A DNA stretch of 20,000 nt from contig CAZWDO010000009.1 of assembly GCA_964632485.1 (NCBI GenBank), positions 134,319-154,318 on the forward strand. Direction: 5' to 3'. Shown here in pieces: positions 9,825-17,818 of this stretch (the stretch's first letter is position 1; every line of letters begins with the position of its first letter). The DNA comes from an uncultured bacterium. GTDB lineage: Bacteria; JAGOEH01. Under the pieces are notes generated by a model. It had not been told where the DNA came from. It ran no database searches and saw nothing but the letters and a program-made list of their open reading frames with translations. A program made the translations under genes and the position numbers.

Positions 9825-9873
9825 GTCTGGGGCGCTTCCCCGCCTGGGGGGGAGGCGGGGAAGCGCCCCAGAC
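9825..9873. repeat. Perfect 21-bp inverted repeat with G7 loop in the IS leader
   Basis: GTCTGGGGCGCTTCCCCGCCT-GGGGGGG-AGGCGGGGAAGCGCCCCAGAC; the arms are exact reverse complements. Confidence 0.95.
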
Positions 9874-9916
9874 GCCGCGCAAATCGCCCCGTTGATGGCA
9901 TGGAGAATAATCTCTC

Positions 9917-9945
9917 TTGATTTTTCTCCCCGCCGGGCGTATATT
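9917..9945 (+). promoter_or_regulatory. Candidate sigma70 promoter for IS3 orfA
   Basis: TTGATT (9917-9922), 17-nt spacer, TATATT (9940-9945); 33 nt upstream of ATG 9979. Confidence 0.55.
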
Positions 9946-9978
9946 CACGCAGCAACTCACTATCTGAAAGGATGCGCC

Positions 9979-10290
9979 ATGGAAATCAAAGATGTCAAAC
10001 GCTATTCTCCCGAACAGAAAGCCCACATAATCCGGGAAATCATGGTTGAACACAAATCGGTCGGCGATGTAGCCGAAGAATTTGGTATCACGCCCGCGAC
10101 CATCTATGAATGGCAGAAAATCTTACTGAAAAATTCAGTCGATTTCTTTCGCATGAAAAGCTCCGAGCGACGCAAATACAATCAACAAGTCAAAGCCTTG
10201 CAAGATCAAATTAAAAAGAAGGAATCCGTGATCGCCGAACTGGCGCAAGAGGTCGTTGAATTAAAAAAAAAAGAGAATGGGGCGAGTTGA
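9979..10290 (+). CDS. IS3 transposase OrfA (HTH + coiled coil)
   Basis: MEIKDVKRYSPEQKAHII...VAEEFGITPATIYEW (HTH); heptad-like C-terminus. AAGGA RBS at 9968-9972 supports start 9979 rather than 9823. Confidence 0.88.
   Translation: MEIKDVKRYSPEQKAHIIREIMVEHKSVGDVAEEFGITPATIYEWQKILLKNSVDFFRMKSSERRKYNQQVKALQDQIKKKESVIAELAQEVVELKKKENGAS
10263..10272 (+). other. Programmed -1 frameshift / slippage site (A10 run)
   Basis: TTA AAA AAA AAA GAG in the orfA frame. The -1 frame reads KKKREWGELKKEK and continues into orfB without a stop. Confidence 0.8.
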
Positions 10291-11258
10291 AAAAGGAAAA
10301 GACGCCTATGAATATTCGCGACAACGTGGTGGAAACGGTCATCCGCCTGAACCGGCGGACGGGGGTCGCCACCGCCGATATGCTCGGCTGGCTGGGTATC
10401 GGCTCCGCCAAATACTACAACTGGGTCAACAGGCGAGGCCTTGAATCGCGCCACAATGGAGCCATCCCCAAGTCACATTGGATGACTCCGGACGAACAAT
10501 CCGCCATTCTGGCATTTTTCGAGTTGCATCGATCAGAAGGTTACAGACGACTGGCCTGGATGATGGTGGACTTTAATATCGCCCATGTATCTCCATCCAC
10601 GGTCTATCGCGTCCTCAAAAAGTCGGGAGCGCTTCAGCGATGGAATACGGCAAAGGCTTCTTCCAAAAACAAAGGCTTCAACCAGCCGACGGCTCCTCAT
10701 CAGCATCGGCATGTAGATATTTCGTACATTAGAATCCATTCGGTCTTCTATTATCTGATCTGCGTCCTCGACGGCTACAGCCGCTATATCGTTCATTTCG
10801 AGCTGCGCGAATCCATGACCGAACTCGATGTCCAGATAACTCTCCAGCGCGCTCACGAACGCTATCCCCACGCCCGTCCCCGAATCATTTCCGATAATGG
10901 CGCTCAGTTTATCTGCCACGATTTCCGCAACTTCGTCCAATCCTGCAACTTCACTCACGTCCGGACCTCGGTCAACTATCCGCAAAGCAATGGCAAAATC
11001 GAACGATTTCACAAGAGTATCAAACAGGAACATGTCCGCCGAACGCCCTATCTGTCGTTGCGGGATGCCCAATTGAAAATGGCCGAATGGATAGACTATT
11101 ACTATCATGAACGCCTTCACAGCGCCATTTCGTATCTGACTCCGTTCGACATGCTCAGCGGCCGGGCTGAGGAAAAACTCGAACAACGTCGGATTAAACT
11201 GGCTCAAGCGGCGAAAAGAAGAAAGGAGAAAAATCGTGAAATTATCCAGGCCGCTTAG
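10287..11258 (+). CDS. IS3 transposase OrfB (rve integrase core, DDE)
   Basis: GYRRL; HVDISY; LDGYSR; SDNG followed by exactly 35 residues to the E of NGKIERF; RLHSAI.Y.TP. Probably expressed as an OrfAB fusion. Confidence 0.92.
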   Translation: MKKEKTPMNIRDNVVETVIRLNRRTGVATADMLGWLGIGSAKYYNWVNRRGLESRHNGAIPKSHWMTPDEQSAILAFFELHRSEGYRRLAWMMVDFNIAHVSPSTVYRVLKKSGALQRWNTAKASSKNKGFNQPTAPHQHRHVDISYIRIHSVFYYLICVLDGYSRYIVHFELRESMTELDVQITLQRAHERYPHARPRIISDNGAQFICHDFRNFVQSCNFTHVRTSVNYPQSNGKIERFHKSIKQEHVRRTPYLSLRDAQLKMAEWIDYYYHERLHSAISYLTPFDMLSGRAEEKLEQRRIKLAQAAKRRKEKNREIIQAA

Positions 11259-11265
11259 TTTAGTC

Positions 11266-11294
11266 TTGACTTTCTACCCGTGTTTTGTTAAGTT
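11266..11294 (+). promoter_or_regulatory. Candidate outward-reading promoter inside the IS3 right end
   Basis: TTGACT (11266-11271), 17-nt spacer, TAAGTT (11289-11294), with an extended -10 TG at 11286-11287. Confidence 0.45.
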
Positions 11295-11448
11295 GTTTTT
11301 AACCTCGTTCTCAATTTTCCGCTGAACCAATACAGATGGGCGAATTTCTCTTATCTTTATAAAACGTAAATGTTTTTAAAGTGAAATATGACACTAAAAC
11401 TTTAAAGAGTTGTAATCAAATTGAACAAAACTAACAAGGAGTATGATT

Positions 11449-12405
11449 ATGAAAAAGGTGCTAGTAACAGGTGGTTTAGGATTTATTGGTTCAAATTTAG
11501 TTGATTATCTACTTAAAAAAGACTACTGCATTACAATAGTAGATAATTTACAATCAAATGCAGTTGATAAATCATTTTATGAAAAAAAATGCAAAGTTGT
11601 TATATCAAATATTGAAGACTATGAGACAAGTGAATCATTTGATTATATTTATCATCTTGCAAGTGTTGTAGGTCCAGCTGGAGTATTACAGTATGCAGGT
11701 AAAATCGGTTTGTCAATGGTTAGAGGAATGATGAAAGTGATTGATATTGCACTTGAATGTGATTCTGTTTTAGTAGATGTATCAACTTCAGAAGTATATG
11801 GTAAAGATGGATATTTATCAGAAGATGATGATAAAATTGTTAAAAGCAAGGTTTCAGTTCGGTTGGAGTATGGCATCGGTAAATTATTAACTGAAATAAT
11901 ATTAGAAAACACATCAAAAATTCAGAATATCAACTATAATATCATCAGACCTTTTAATGTAGCAGGTCCAAGGCAGCAACCAAGAGGTGGATTCGTAACA
12001 CCAATTTTTATTCAACAAGCACTTTCAAAGAATATCATGACAATATTTGCTGGAGGTAAGCAAAAGAGGTGTTTTACGCATGTTGATGATATTGTTGAAG
12101 GTATTTATTTAGCAAGTCAAGGTAAAACCGTTCATGAAGTTTTTAATATCGGTAATAAAAATAATGAAATAACAATAGAAGACTACGCAAAATTAATTAA
12201 AAAATTAACGTTCAGCAATTCGGAATTATTATATTTGGATGGAAAAGAAATATATGGAAATTTGTATGAAGAAGCATTTGATAAGATGCCAATAAGTGAT
12301 AAGGCTGAAAAACTATTATCATGGGAACCAAAAAAAAATTTGGAAACAATTATTTATGATTATATTTCTTATTTTAAAAATGAAATCAGTTCACAAAGCA
12401 TCTAA
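11449..12405 (+). CDS. NAD-dependent nucleotide-sugar epimerase/dehydratase (extended SDR; UXS/ArnA-decarboxylase-like)
   Basis: TGGLGFIG; HLASVVG; STSEVYG; YGIGK (YxxxK); RPFNVAGPRQ; RCFTHVDD. AAGGAG at 11436-11441 favours ATG 11449 over 11443. Confidence 0.9.
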   Translation: MKKVLVTGGLGFIGSNLVDYLLKKDYCITIVDNLQSNAVDKSFYEKKCKVVISNIEDYETSESFDYIYHLASVVGPAGVLQYAGKIGLSMVRGMMKVIDIALECDSVLVDVSTSEVYGKDGYLSEDDDKIVKSKVSVRLEYGIGKLLTEIILENTSKIQNINYNIIRPFNVAGPRQQPRGGFVTPIFIQQALSKNIMTIFAGGKQKRCFTHVDDIVEGIYLASQGKTVHEVFNIGNKNNEITIEDYAKLIKKLTFSNSELLYLDGKEIYGNLYEEAFDKMPISDKAEKLLSWEPKKNLETIIYDYISYFKNEISSQSI

Positions 12406-12414
12406 GGTAAACTA

Positions 12415-13818
12415 ATGAGTAATAAAATAAACAAAATTATTATACTTGGCTGTGGTGTTAGTGGTATGTCGTTAGCATACTATTTAAAAAATTTGATAAA
12501 TTGCGAAATTATTATTTTGGAAAGAAGTACTAATGTAGGTGGATTATCATCGGGTATTTTTCATAATGGATATTTTCTTGATTATGGACCGCATGTTTAT
12601 CACCCTGCAAATGATGAGTTTGATGAATTATTTATAAAACTCTGTGATAATAATGATTTTATTCAAAGTAGAAATGTCAAATTATTATTAGACGATTTGA
12701 TTCTTGATTACCCGCTTAGTATAGGACAAGTTCTTGATAAATATGATATCATGACAAATTTTCAATTTGTTGCAGATTATTTAATTCAGCAACTTAAAAA
12801 TATTCATCTTAGAAAACCAAGTTTTGAAAATTTTGAAGATTGGGGGATTTCTACTTTTGGTAAAAGCATTTATGAAAAGTGCTTCGGAGTATATTCCAGA
12901 AAAGTATGGGGAATAGAACCGAATCAAATTTCAACAATGTTAGTTAATCAACGATTAAAGGGGCTGAGTTTGGTTTCGGTAATATTATCGACTTTAACAA
13001 AAGGAAAAAGAAAATCAAGTAAATCCTATTTTAATTCATTTATTTATAATAAAATGGGGATTCAAAATTGCTGGGACAATTTTGAAGTAATGCTTATTAA
13101 AAAAGGAATAACAATATATAAAGATTTTAATATTAAATATTTATTTTATTCAAATCAAATAATTTCAAAAATTATTTCGGATGACACAGAATTGTCGATT
13201 GGAACTGACGACTTAGTTATTTCGACTTTACCAATTGATACTTTAATTAATGATATTTTATCTCCTAAAATAGTTAATAGCAGTTTAGATTACGTAGGTT
13301 TACATTATATTTATTATTTTTTAAGCCAACCTAGATTATTTGACGAACATTGGATTTATTTACTAGATAAAAAAATTGTCCCCAATAGAATTTCTGATTT
13401 AAATAATATTAATAATATTCATAAATTAGGATGTCTTTGTTTAGAGATTTCAGACCATAATTATGATGGATCAATTCATAATTTTGATTATATCCGATCA
13501 TTATCTTCAATTGGTCTAAAGGAGAAATTAATTACTGATATTAAAAAATCATATTATTTACATTCATATCCATTATTCAAAGTCGGTTTTGAAAATGAAT
13601 TGCAAAAAGTTCTTTTTGCGCTTTCCAAAATAAGAAACCTCATAACTACAGGTCGCCAAGGACTTTTCTTAAACATTGATATACATGATTGTTTTATGAT
13701 TTCAAAATATTTGAGTAATATTATTTCGGAAAGTAATGAAATGATTTTAACTCGATTTTACGAGCCGATAATTTCAAAATTTTTTAATCAACAAGAATTC
13801 AAAAGAACAGGTATATAA
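12415..13818 (+). CDS. FAD-dependent oxidoreductase (HemY-fold / UDP-galactopyranose-mutase-like)
   Basis: LGCGVSG (GxGxxG); ER...VGG; DYGPH; YSRKVWG; YP; GRQGLF. Confidence 0.8.
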   Translation: MSNKINKIIILGCGVSGMSLAYYLKNLINCEIIILERSTNVGGLSSGIFHNGYFLDYGPHVYHPANDEFDELFIKLCDNNDFIQSRNVKLLLDDLILDYPLSIGQVLDKYDIMTNFQFVADYLIQQLKNIHLRKPSFENFEDWGISTFGKSIYEKCFGVYSRKVWGIEPNQISTMLVNQRLKGLSLVSVILSTLTKGKRKSSKSYFNSFIYNKMGIQNCWDNFEVMLIKKGITIYKDFNIKYLFYSNQIISKIISDDTELSIGTDDLVISTLPIDTLINDILSPKIVNSSLDYVGLHYIYYFLSQPRLFDEHWIYLLDKKIVPNRISDLNNINNIHKLGCLCLEISDHNYDGSIHNFDYIRSLSSIGLKEKLITDIKKSYYLHSYPLFKVGFENELQKVLFALSKIRNLITTGRQGLFLNIDIHDCFMISKYLSNIISESNEMILTRFYEPIISKFFNQQEFKRTGI

Positions 13819-14501
13819 TGCTGGCTATTACTTTTTTGGTGAACAAAATACGAAGAATGCTGAAGCTTTTAATTAAATATAAGTTTTCAATAATAGGCAT
13901 TGCGATAAATGAGCTAAATTCAATAATTTTAAATTTTTTTCTAAAACATAAAATTGAAAGGATTTATGGGAAATTTGAAACTGGAATATATTTTACGCAC
14001 CAATTTAATAATGTATCAAATGAATCAGGCCATATAAAGGGAGAAATTGTATGGATTATTAGGAAATTAAATATTGAAAATGCAATTGTTTTATTAGTAG
14101 GGGAAACAAACAAAGTGAAGACAAACTTTCTCGAAAATTTTCCTTTTAGAAGTCTGAATACAACAGGAATCAGTGATAACGTTGACTACCATTGGGATTT
14201 TAATGATCAAATACCTGTTGGCATAGGGAAATATAATTTAATATTATCACAGGCTGTATTAGAGCACCTTGTAGATCCTGTAGATCATATAAGGAAGTTA
14301 AAATTACTGCTTGCCGATAATGGTTACTTAATCGTACATACAGTAATGCCAGGTTTTTTTTACCACCGGTATCCAGTAGATTGTCTTCGATTTTATCCAG
14401 ATTGGTTTCAAGAAATCAGTAAATTGGTAAAATTGCAAATTAAGTTTAAAATCCTTTCATTAGATCATATTATCTATTGTTATCAACATAGTAATTTATA
14501 A
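13818..14501 (+). CDS. Methyltransferase-fold protein (degenerate motif I)
   Basis: YNLILSQAVLEHLVDP; LL..NG.LIV; HRYPVDCLRF. Motif I reads LLVGE rather than DxGxG. TAATG overlap with the upstream gene; the true start is uncertain. Confidence 0.7.
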   Translation: MLAITFLVNKIRRMLKLLIKYKFSIIGIAINELNSIILNFFLKHKIERIYGKFETGIYFTHQFNNVSNESGHIKGEIVWIIRKLNIENAIVLLVGETNKVKTNFLENFPFRSLNTTGISDNVDYHWDFNDQIPVGIGKYNLILSQAVLEHLVDPVDHIRKLKLLLADNGYLIVHTVMPGFFYHRYPVDCLRFYPDWFQEISKLVKLQIKFKILSLDHIIYCYQHSNL

Positions 14502-14513
14502 AGGACAACAACA

Positions 14514-15407
14514 ATGAACAAACCAAATTGCATTTTGTGTAATTCATCTGACTATAAGATAAAGTTTAAAAAAAGCAGACAAACTACTTGTGTTAATCAA
14601 GATGGATTCTCAGTTCTTGACGATAAAACTCATAATGATATTGTCCAATGTCAACAGTGTGGTCTTTTTTACGTGTATCCTTTTGAAGATTATTCCTATT
14701 TTCAGAACATATACAGAAACCTAGACATTAAGAACTACGTTTTAGAAGCAGAAAATAGAGCCAAGATCTTTTTTGAAAATGCAAAATTAATACAACAATA
14801 TATATCGATGGGAACATTATTAGACTTGGGATGCTCAGTTGGTTTGTTGTTAGATGCTGCACGAAAATTAGCTTTTTCAGTAATTGGCGTCGAGTTATCA
14901 GTAGAATGTTGCAAGTATGCAAAAAATATACTAAATTTAAATATTGTAAATTCAGCATTGGAAAGTATCGAATTTAAAAAAAATTCTGTTGATATTATAA
15001 CAATGATTGATGTAATAGAGCATTTACAGGATCCGGTAAGTGTTTTAATTAAATGTTGGACATGGTTAAATCAAGATGGCTACTTGGTACTTAATACACC
15101 TAATATAAATTCACTATCAGCTAAGTTACTGGGTCAAAAGTGGTATGGTTTTAGTAGAAGCCATCTATATTATTTCGATAAAGAAACAATAGAAAGTCTT
15201 TTATGTAAATGTAACTATACAATTATAAGCAATTATACTTATCCGAGGATCTTTTCATTAGAATACATTTTAAGAAAATTAAATCTCAGTAATATATTTA
15301 TTAATGCGATTTTAAAGTATATTCCAAATTCGATTATTAAAAAATCAATTAGGATTGATCTCAAAGATAGTATGCTAATAATTGCCAAAAAAAAGTACAC
15401 TAATTAA
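14514..15407 (+). CDS. Class I SAM-dependent methyltransferase with Zn ribbon
   Basis: CILC...CQQC; LLDLGCSVG; GVELS; DVIEHLQDP; TPN; HLYYF. AAGGA RBS upstream. Confidence 0.9.
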   Translation: MNKPNCILCNSSDYKIKFKKSRQTTCVNQDGFSVLDDKTHNDIVQCQQCGLFYVYPFEDYSYFQNIYRNLDIKNYVLEAENRAKIFFENAKLIQQYISMGTLLDLGCSVGLLLDAARKLAFSVIGVELSVECCKYAKNILNLNIVNSALESIEFKKNSVDIITMIDVIEHLQDPVSVLIKCWTWLNQDGYLVLNTPNINSLSAKLLGQKWYGFSRSHLYYFDKETIESLLCKCNYTIISNYTYPRIFSLEYILRKLNLSNIFINAILKYIPNSIIKKSIRIDLKDSMLIIAKKKYTN

Positions 15408-15680
15408 ATTTTTTCAAATAAAGTTATGCATTATTTTGAAAATTTTTGGATTTAGAATTTTTTATTCTCACTTTGGAATGAATTTAAAAGATTGTTACCA
15501 GTATTAGTTCAGTATTATGGTGTGATAATTCTAAAGCAGCAGCACTCAGTTCAATTGGTGATTTGGCAAATAAAACCGCAAAAGATTATCAAAACCAGCT
15601 AGCAAAATAATAAGCCCTTTCTACGCATATATTGACCAACTATTTGATTTTAAAGGATTTCCTTGACAGAGGACTAGTTA

Positions 15681-16991
15681 ATGAAACTATCAATTTTGAT
15701 TATACCAATTAGTTTTTTGGTTAGCCTATTATTATTTATTAGTCCTTTGAGTTTGTTTTTGTTTTTGATCATCACCAATTTGTTTCTTGCTTCAACTTGT
15801 TTGGGCGTTTCATTTTTAATTCGATTTTCATTGCTGCTTATTGTGAATTTGTTGTCATTTGGCATGGGGTATTTAGACTTTATTGGAGATTCATATTCAG
15901 TTCATTGGTTTTCTACAGAAGCTTTTGTGTCTTTTGTCGCTGGAGTCCCTGAAGCTTTGTACTACAAGCTTTATATATTTCGGTTTGAAGATTTTAATAT
16001 CGGTAATTACGGAACAAGCCTTTATTTTTATATGATTGGCTTTTTAAAGCTTGGATTTAACAGTATTAATTTTGATATCAAAATACTCAATATATTGATG
16101 ACGATCGGTTTTGCTGCGATTTATTATAAGTTTGTAAAACTCATCTTTAATCCAGCGGCACCTATTGCATTATTATTAGTTCTCCTGTATCCATTACATA
16201 ATGTTTGGTCTCTTTTCTTATTAAAGGACCTCTTTCACCTGTTATTAACATTCTGGGGTTTGTGGATTTTAATTCATCTAAATAAACAATGGTATAGATA
16301 TATTCCTCAATTGTTAATTTTTTTAATTCTATTGTTTGTGAGTCGACCAAATGTATTCACATTCTATTTTGCGGTATATTTACTGTCTTTTTTGTATTAT
16401 GCCATACCGATTAAAAAAATTGCAATATTTTTTTCTATCTTTATATTTTGGAAATATCAGGGATTAATGGGTATGATGAACAACTTTTTTTCAAAATTTC
16501 TTCTGCTTAATAAGGGGCATTATTCATCCGGGGGATATTGTTTTAAAGTCATGAACAATATTTATTATTTTGACCAGTTTGCTCTTCCCGAACCTATTAA
16601 CTATTTTTACTATTTCATCTTGGGGGTGTTCCATACTTTTATTGAGCCGAACCCATTTAACTATTATAATTTAAAATATGGTATTTTTCAGCTATTGCAC
16701 TTAATTTGGATATTATTGGTACTTTTAGCAGTAGTTGGTTTCGTTAGTCTTTTGATTATGGGCAGAATGAATAAATCCTTACAAATATGTATTTTTTATA
16801 TAATTACCCATGCAATTATGCTAGGATTGGTAGATGGAAACATAGGAACACTTATTCGGCATCGTAGTATGATAGAACCGTTTGTATTTATTTTTTCAGC
16901 AGTTGGTATCTGGGCAATTTTTCCAATTAATCGATTGAAGAATTTCTTTCTGAATAAAACACCTGATAATTCTCAACATATTCAGGCATAA
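15681..16991 (+). CDS. Polytopic membrane protein, GT-C / Wzy-polymerase-like
   Basis: Highly hydrophobic, 436 aa; loop GDS; LLKD; SRP; C-terminal GNIGTLIRHRSMIEP. GAGGA RBS at 15669-15673. Function is inferred. Confidence 0.6.
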   Translation: MKLSILIIPISFLVSLLLFISPLSLFLFLIITNLFLASTCLGVSFLIRFSLLLIVNLLSFGMGYLDFIGDSYSVHWFSTEAFVSFVAGVPEALYYKLYIFRFEDFNIGNYGTSLYFYMIGFLKLGFNSINFDIKILNILMTIGFAAIYYKFVKLIFNPAAPIALLLVLLYPLHNVWSLFLLKDLFHLLLTFWGLWILIHLNKQWYRYIPQLLIFLILLFVSRPNVFTFYFAVYLLSFLYYAIPIKKIAIFFSIFIFWKYQGLMGMMNNFFSKFLLLNKGHYSSGGYCFKVMNNIYYFDQFALPEPINYFYYFILGVFHTFIEPNPFNYYNLKYGIFQLLHLIWILLVLLAVVGFVSLLIMGRMNKSLQICIFYIITHAIMLGLVDGNIGTLIRHRSMIEPFVFIFSAVGIWAIFPINRLKNFFLNKTPDNSQHIQA

Positions 16992-16995
16992 AAAA

Positions 16996-17636
16996 TTGAA
17001 AATATTTGTTAAAAGAGCTGTCTTTACATTTATCATTTTTTTAATCGCATTCTTGACATTAGAGGCAATAATTGGCTATTTTGAGAAAACTCCGGAGAAA
17101 ATCAGAGATTCGAAATTACTTTGGAAAAACCCAGTAACCCGTAAAGTTGAAGCTTATAACAAGAATTTAAATACTATGTTTAGCATTCGATACAATGCAG
17201 ACGGATTTAGAGGTAATGAATTAATCAATACTCAGGAATCTATATTTCTGTTAGGCGATTCTTTCATTGAGGCTACTTATTTGCCTGATTCGATGATTTT
17301 GGCATCTTATTTATATGCCATTACCGAAATGGAACGCTTCCAGGTAATTAATGCTGGTTGCAATGGATATGGAATGGACCAGAAATATCTTGTTTTATCG
17401 TAAAGCATCGGAAAATACCAAATCAGGCACGCCATATTCTTTTTTTCATAAGTAACGATTTTCTGGATAATTATTTCAAGCCATTATTCAGCGTCGAAAA
17501 TGATACCCTTATCTCGGCGTCTATTCGAGAATCGTGGAAAACGAAATTAAAGAATTGTTTAATCAATAATTCAAATATCGTTAAGATATCGATCCGGGCG
17601 ATCAATCATCGAGTGGGCTGCGAGATTTATTTCTAA
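16996..17636 (+). pseudogene. Frameshifted/truncated SGNH hydrolase-fold gene
   Basis: First piece (TTG start): TM anchor, YNADGFR, LLGDSF (block I), VINAGCNGYGMDQ (block II), stop at 17403. Second frame continues FFISNDFLDN (block III). No DxxH is seen before 17819. Confidence 0.8.
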
Positions 17637-17818
17637 AGTTAGGATTATTGAACTATCAGACTCAAAACAGCAATCCACTAGTGATTACTGAACAGACGAG
17701 GATATTTTTTGCCCGATACGAAACGTGGTAGGATGAAGCGCTAAAAAAAATGATTAGAAACTATCACGTATGACATAAATGTATAGATCAACAATTATTC
17801 CCCGGTAGGGCGCAAACC

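Larger units (their letters stand above)
9760..11334 (+). mobile_element. IS3-family insertion sequence (1575 bp), apparently complete
   Basis: TG...CA ends. IRL TGTTTTGCTTCAGATGAAAATGGAGA (9760-9785) matches the reverse complement of 11309-11334, TGTATTGGTTCAGCGGAAAATTGAGA, at 21/26. orfA and orfB are in a -1 arrangement; GC is higher than in the flanks. Confidence 0.92.

Noticed and set aside
9823..9978. N-terminal 52-aa extension of OrfA
   Set aside because: It runs through the hairpin and the candidate promoter; the RBS supports ATG 9979.
10533..11207. 224-aa minus-strand ORF (and 9769-10053, 10206-10454, 10211-10411)
   Set aside because: Antisense shadows of the GC-rich IS3 genes with no recognisable motifs.
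1223..12338. A9/T9 tracts in coding regions (1223-1231, 2253-2261, 3098-3106, 12330-12338) as phase-variation switches
   Set aside because: Such runs are unsurprising in very AT-rich DNA and all four genes are in frame. Read-level length variation would be needed to support the idea.
15408..15680. Small ORF or ncRNA in the 273-nt gap; CAGTATTA occurs twice
   Set aside because: No convincing start/RBS, motif or stable structure; the short repeat is not significant.
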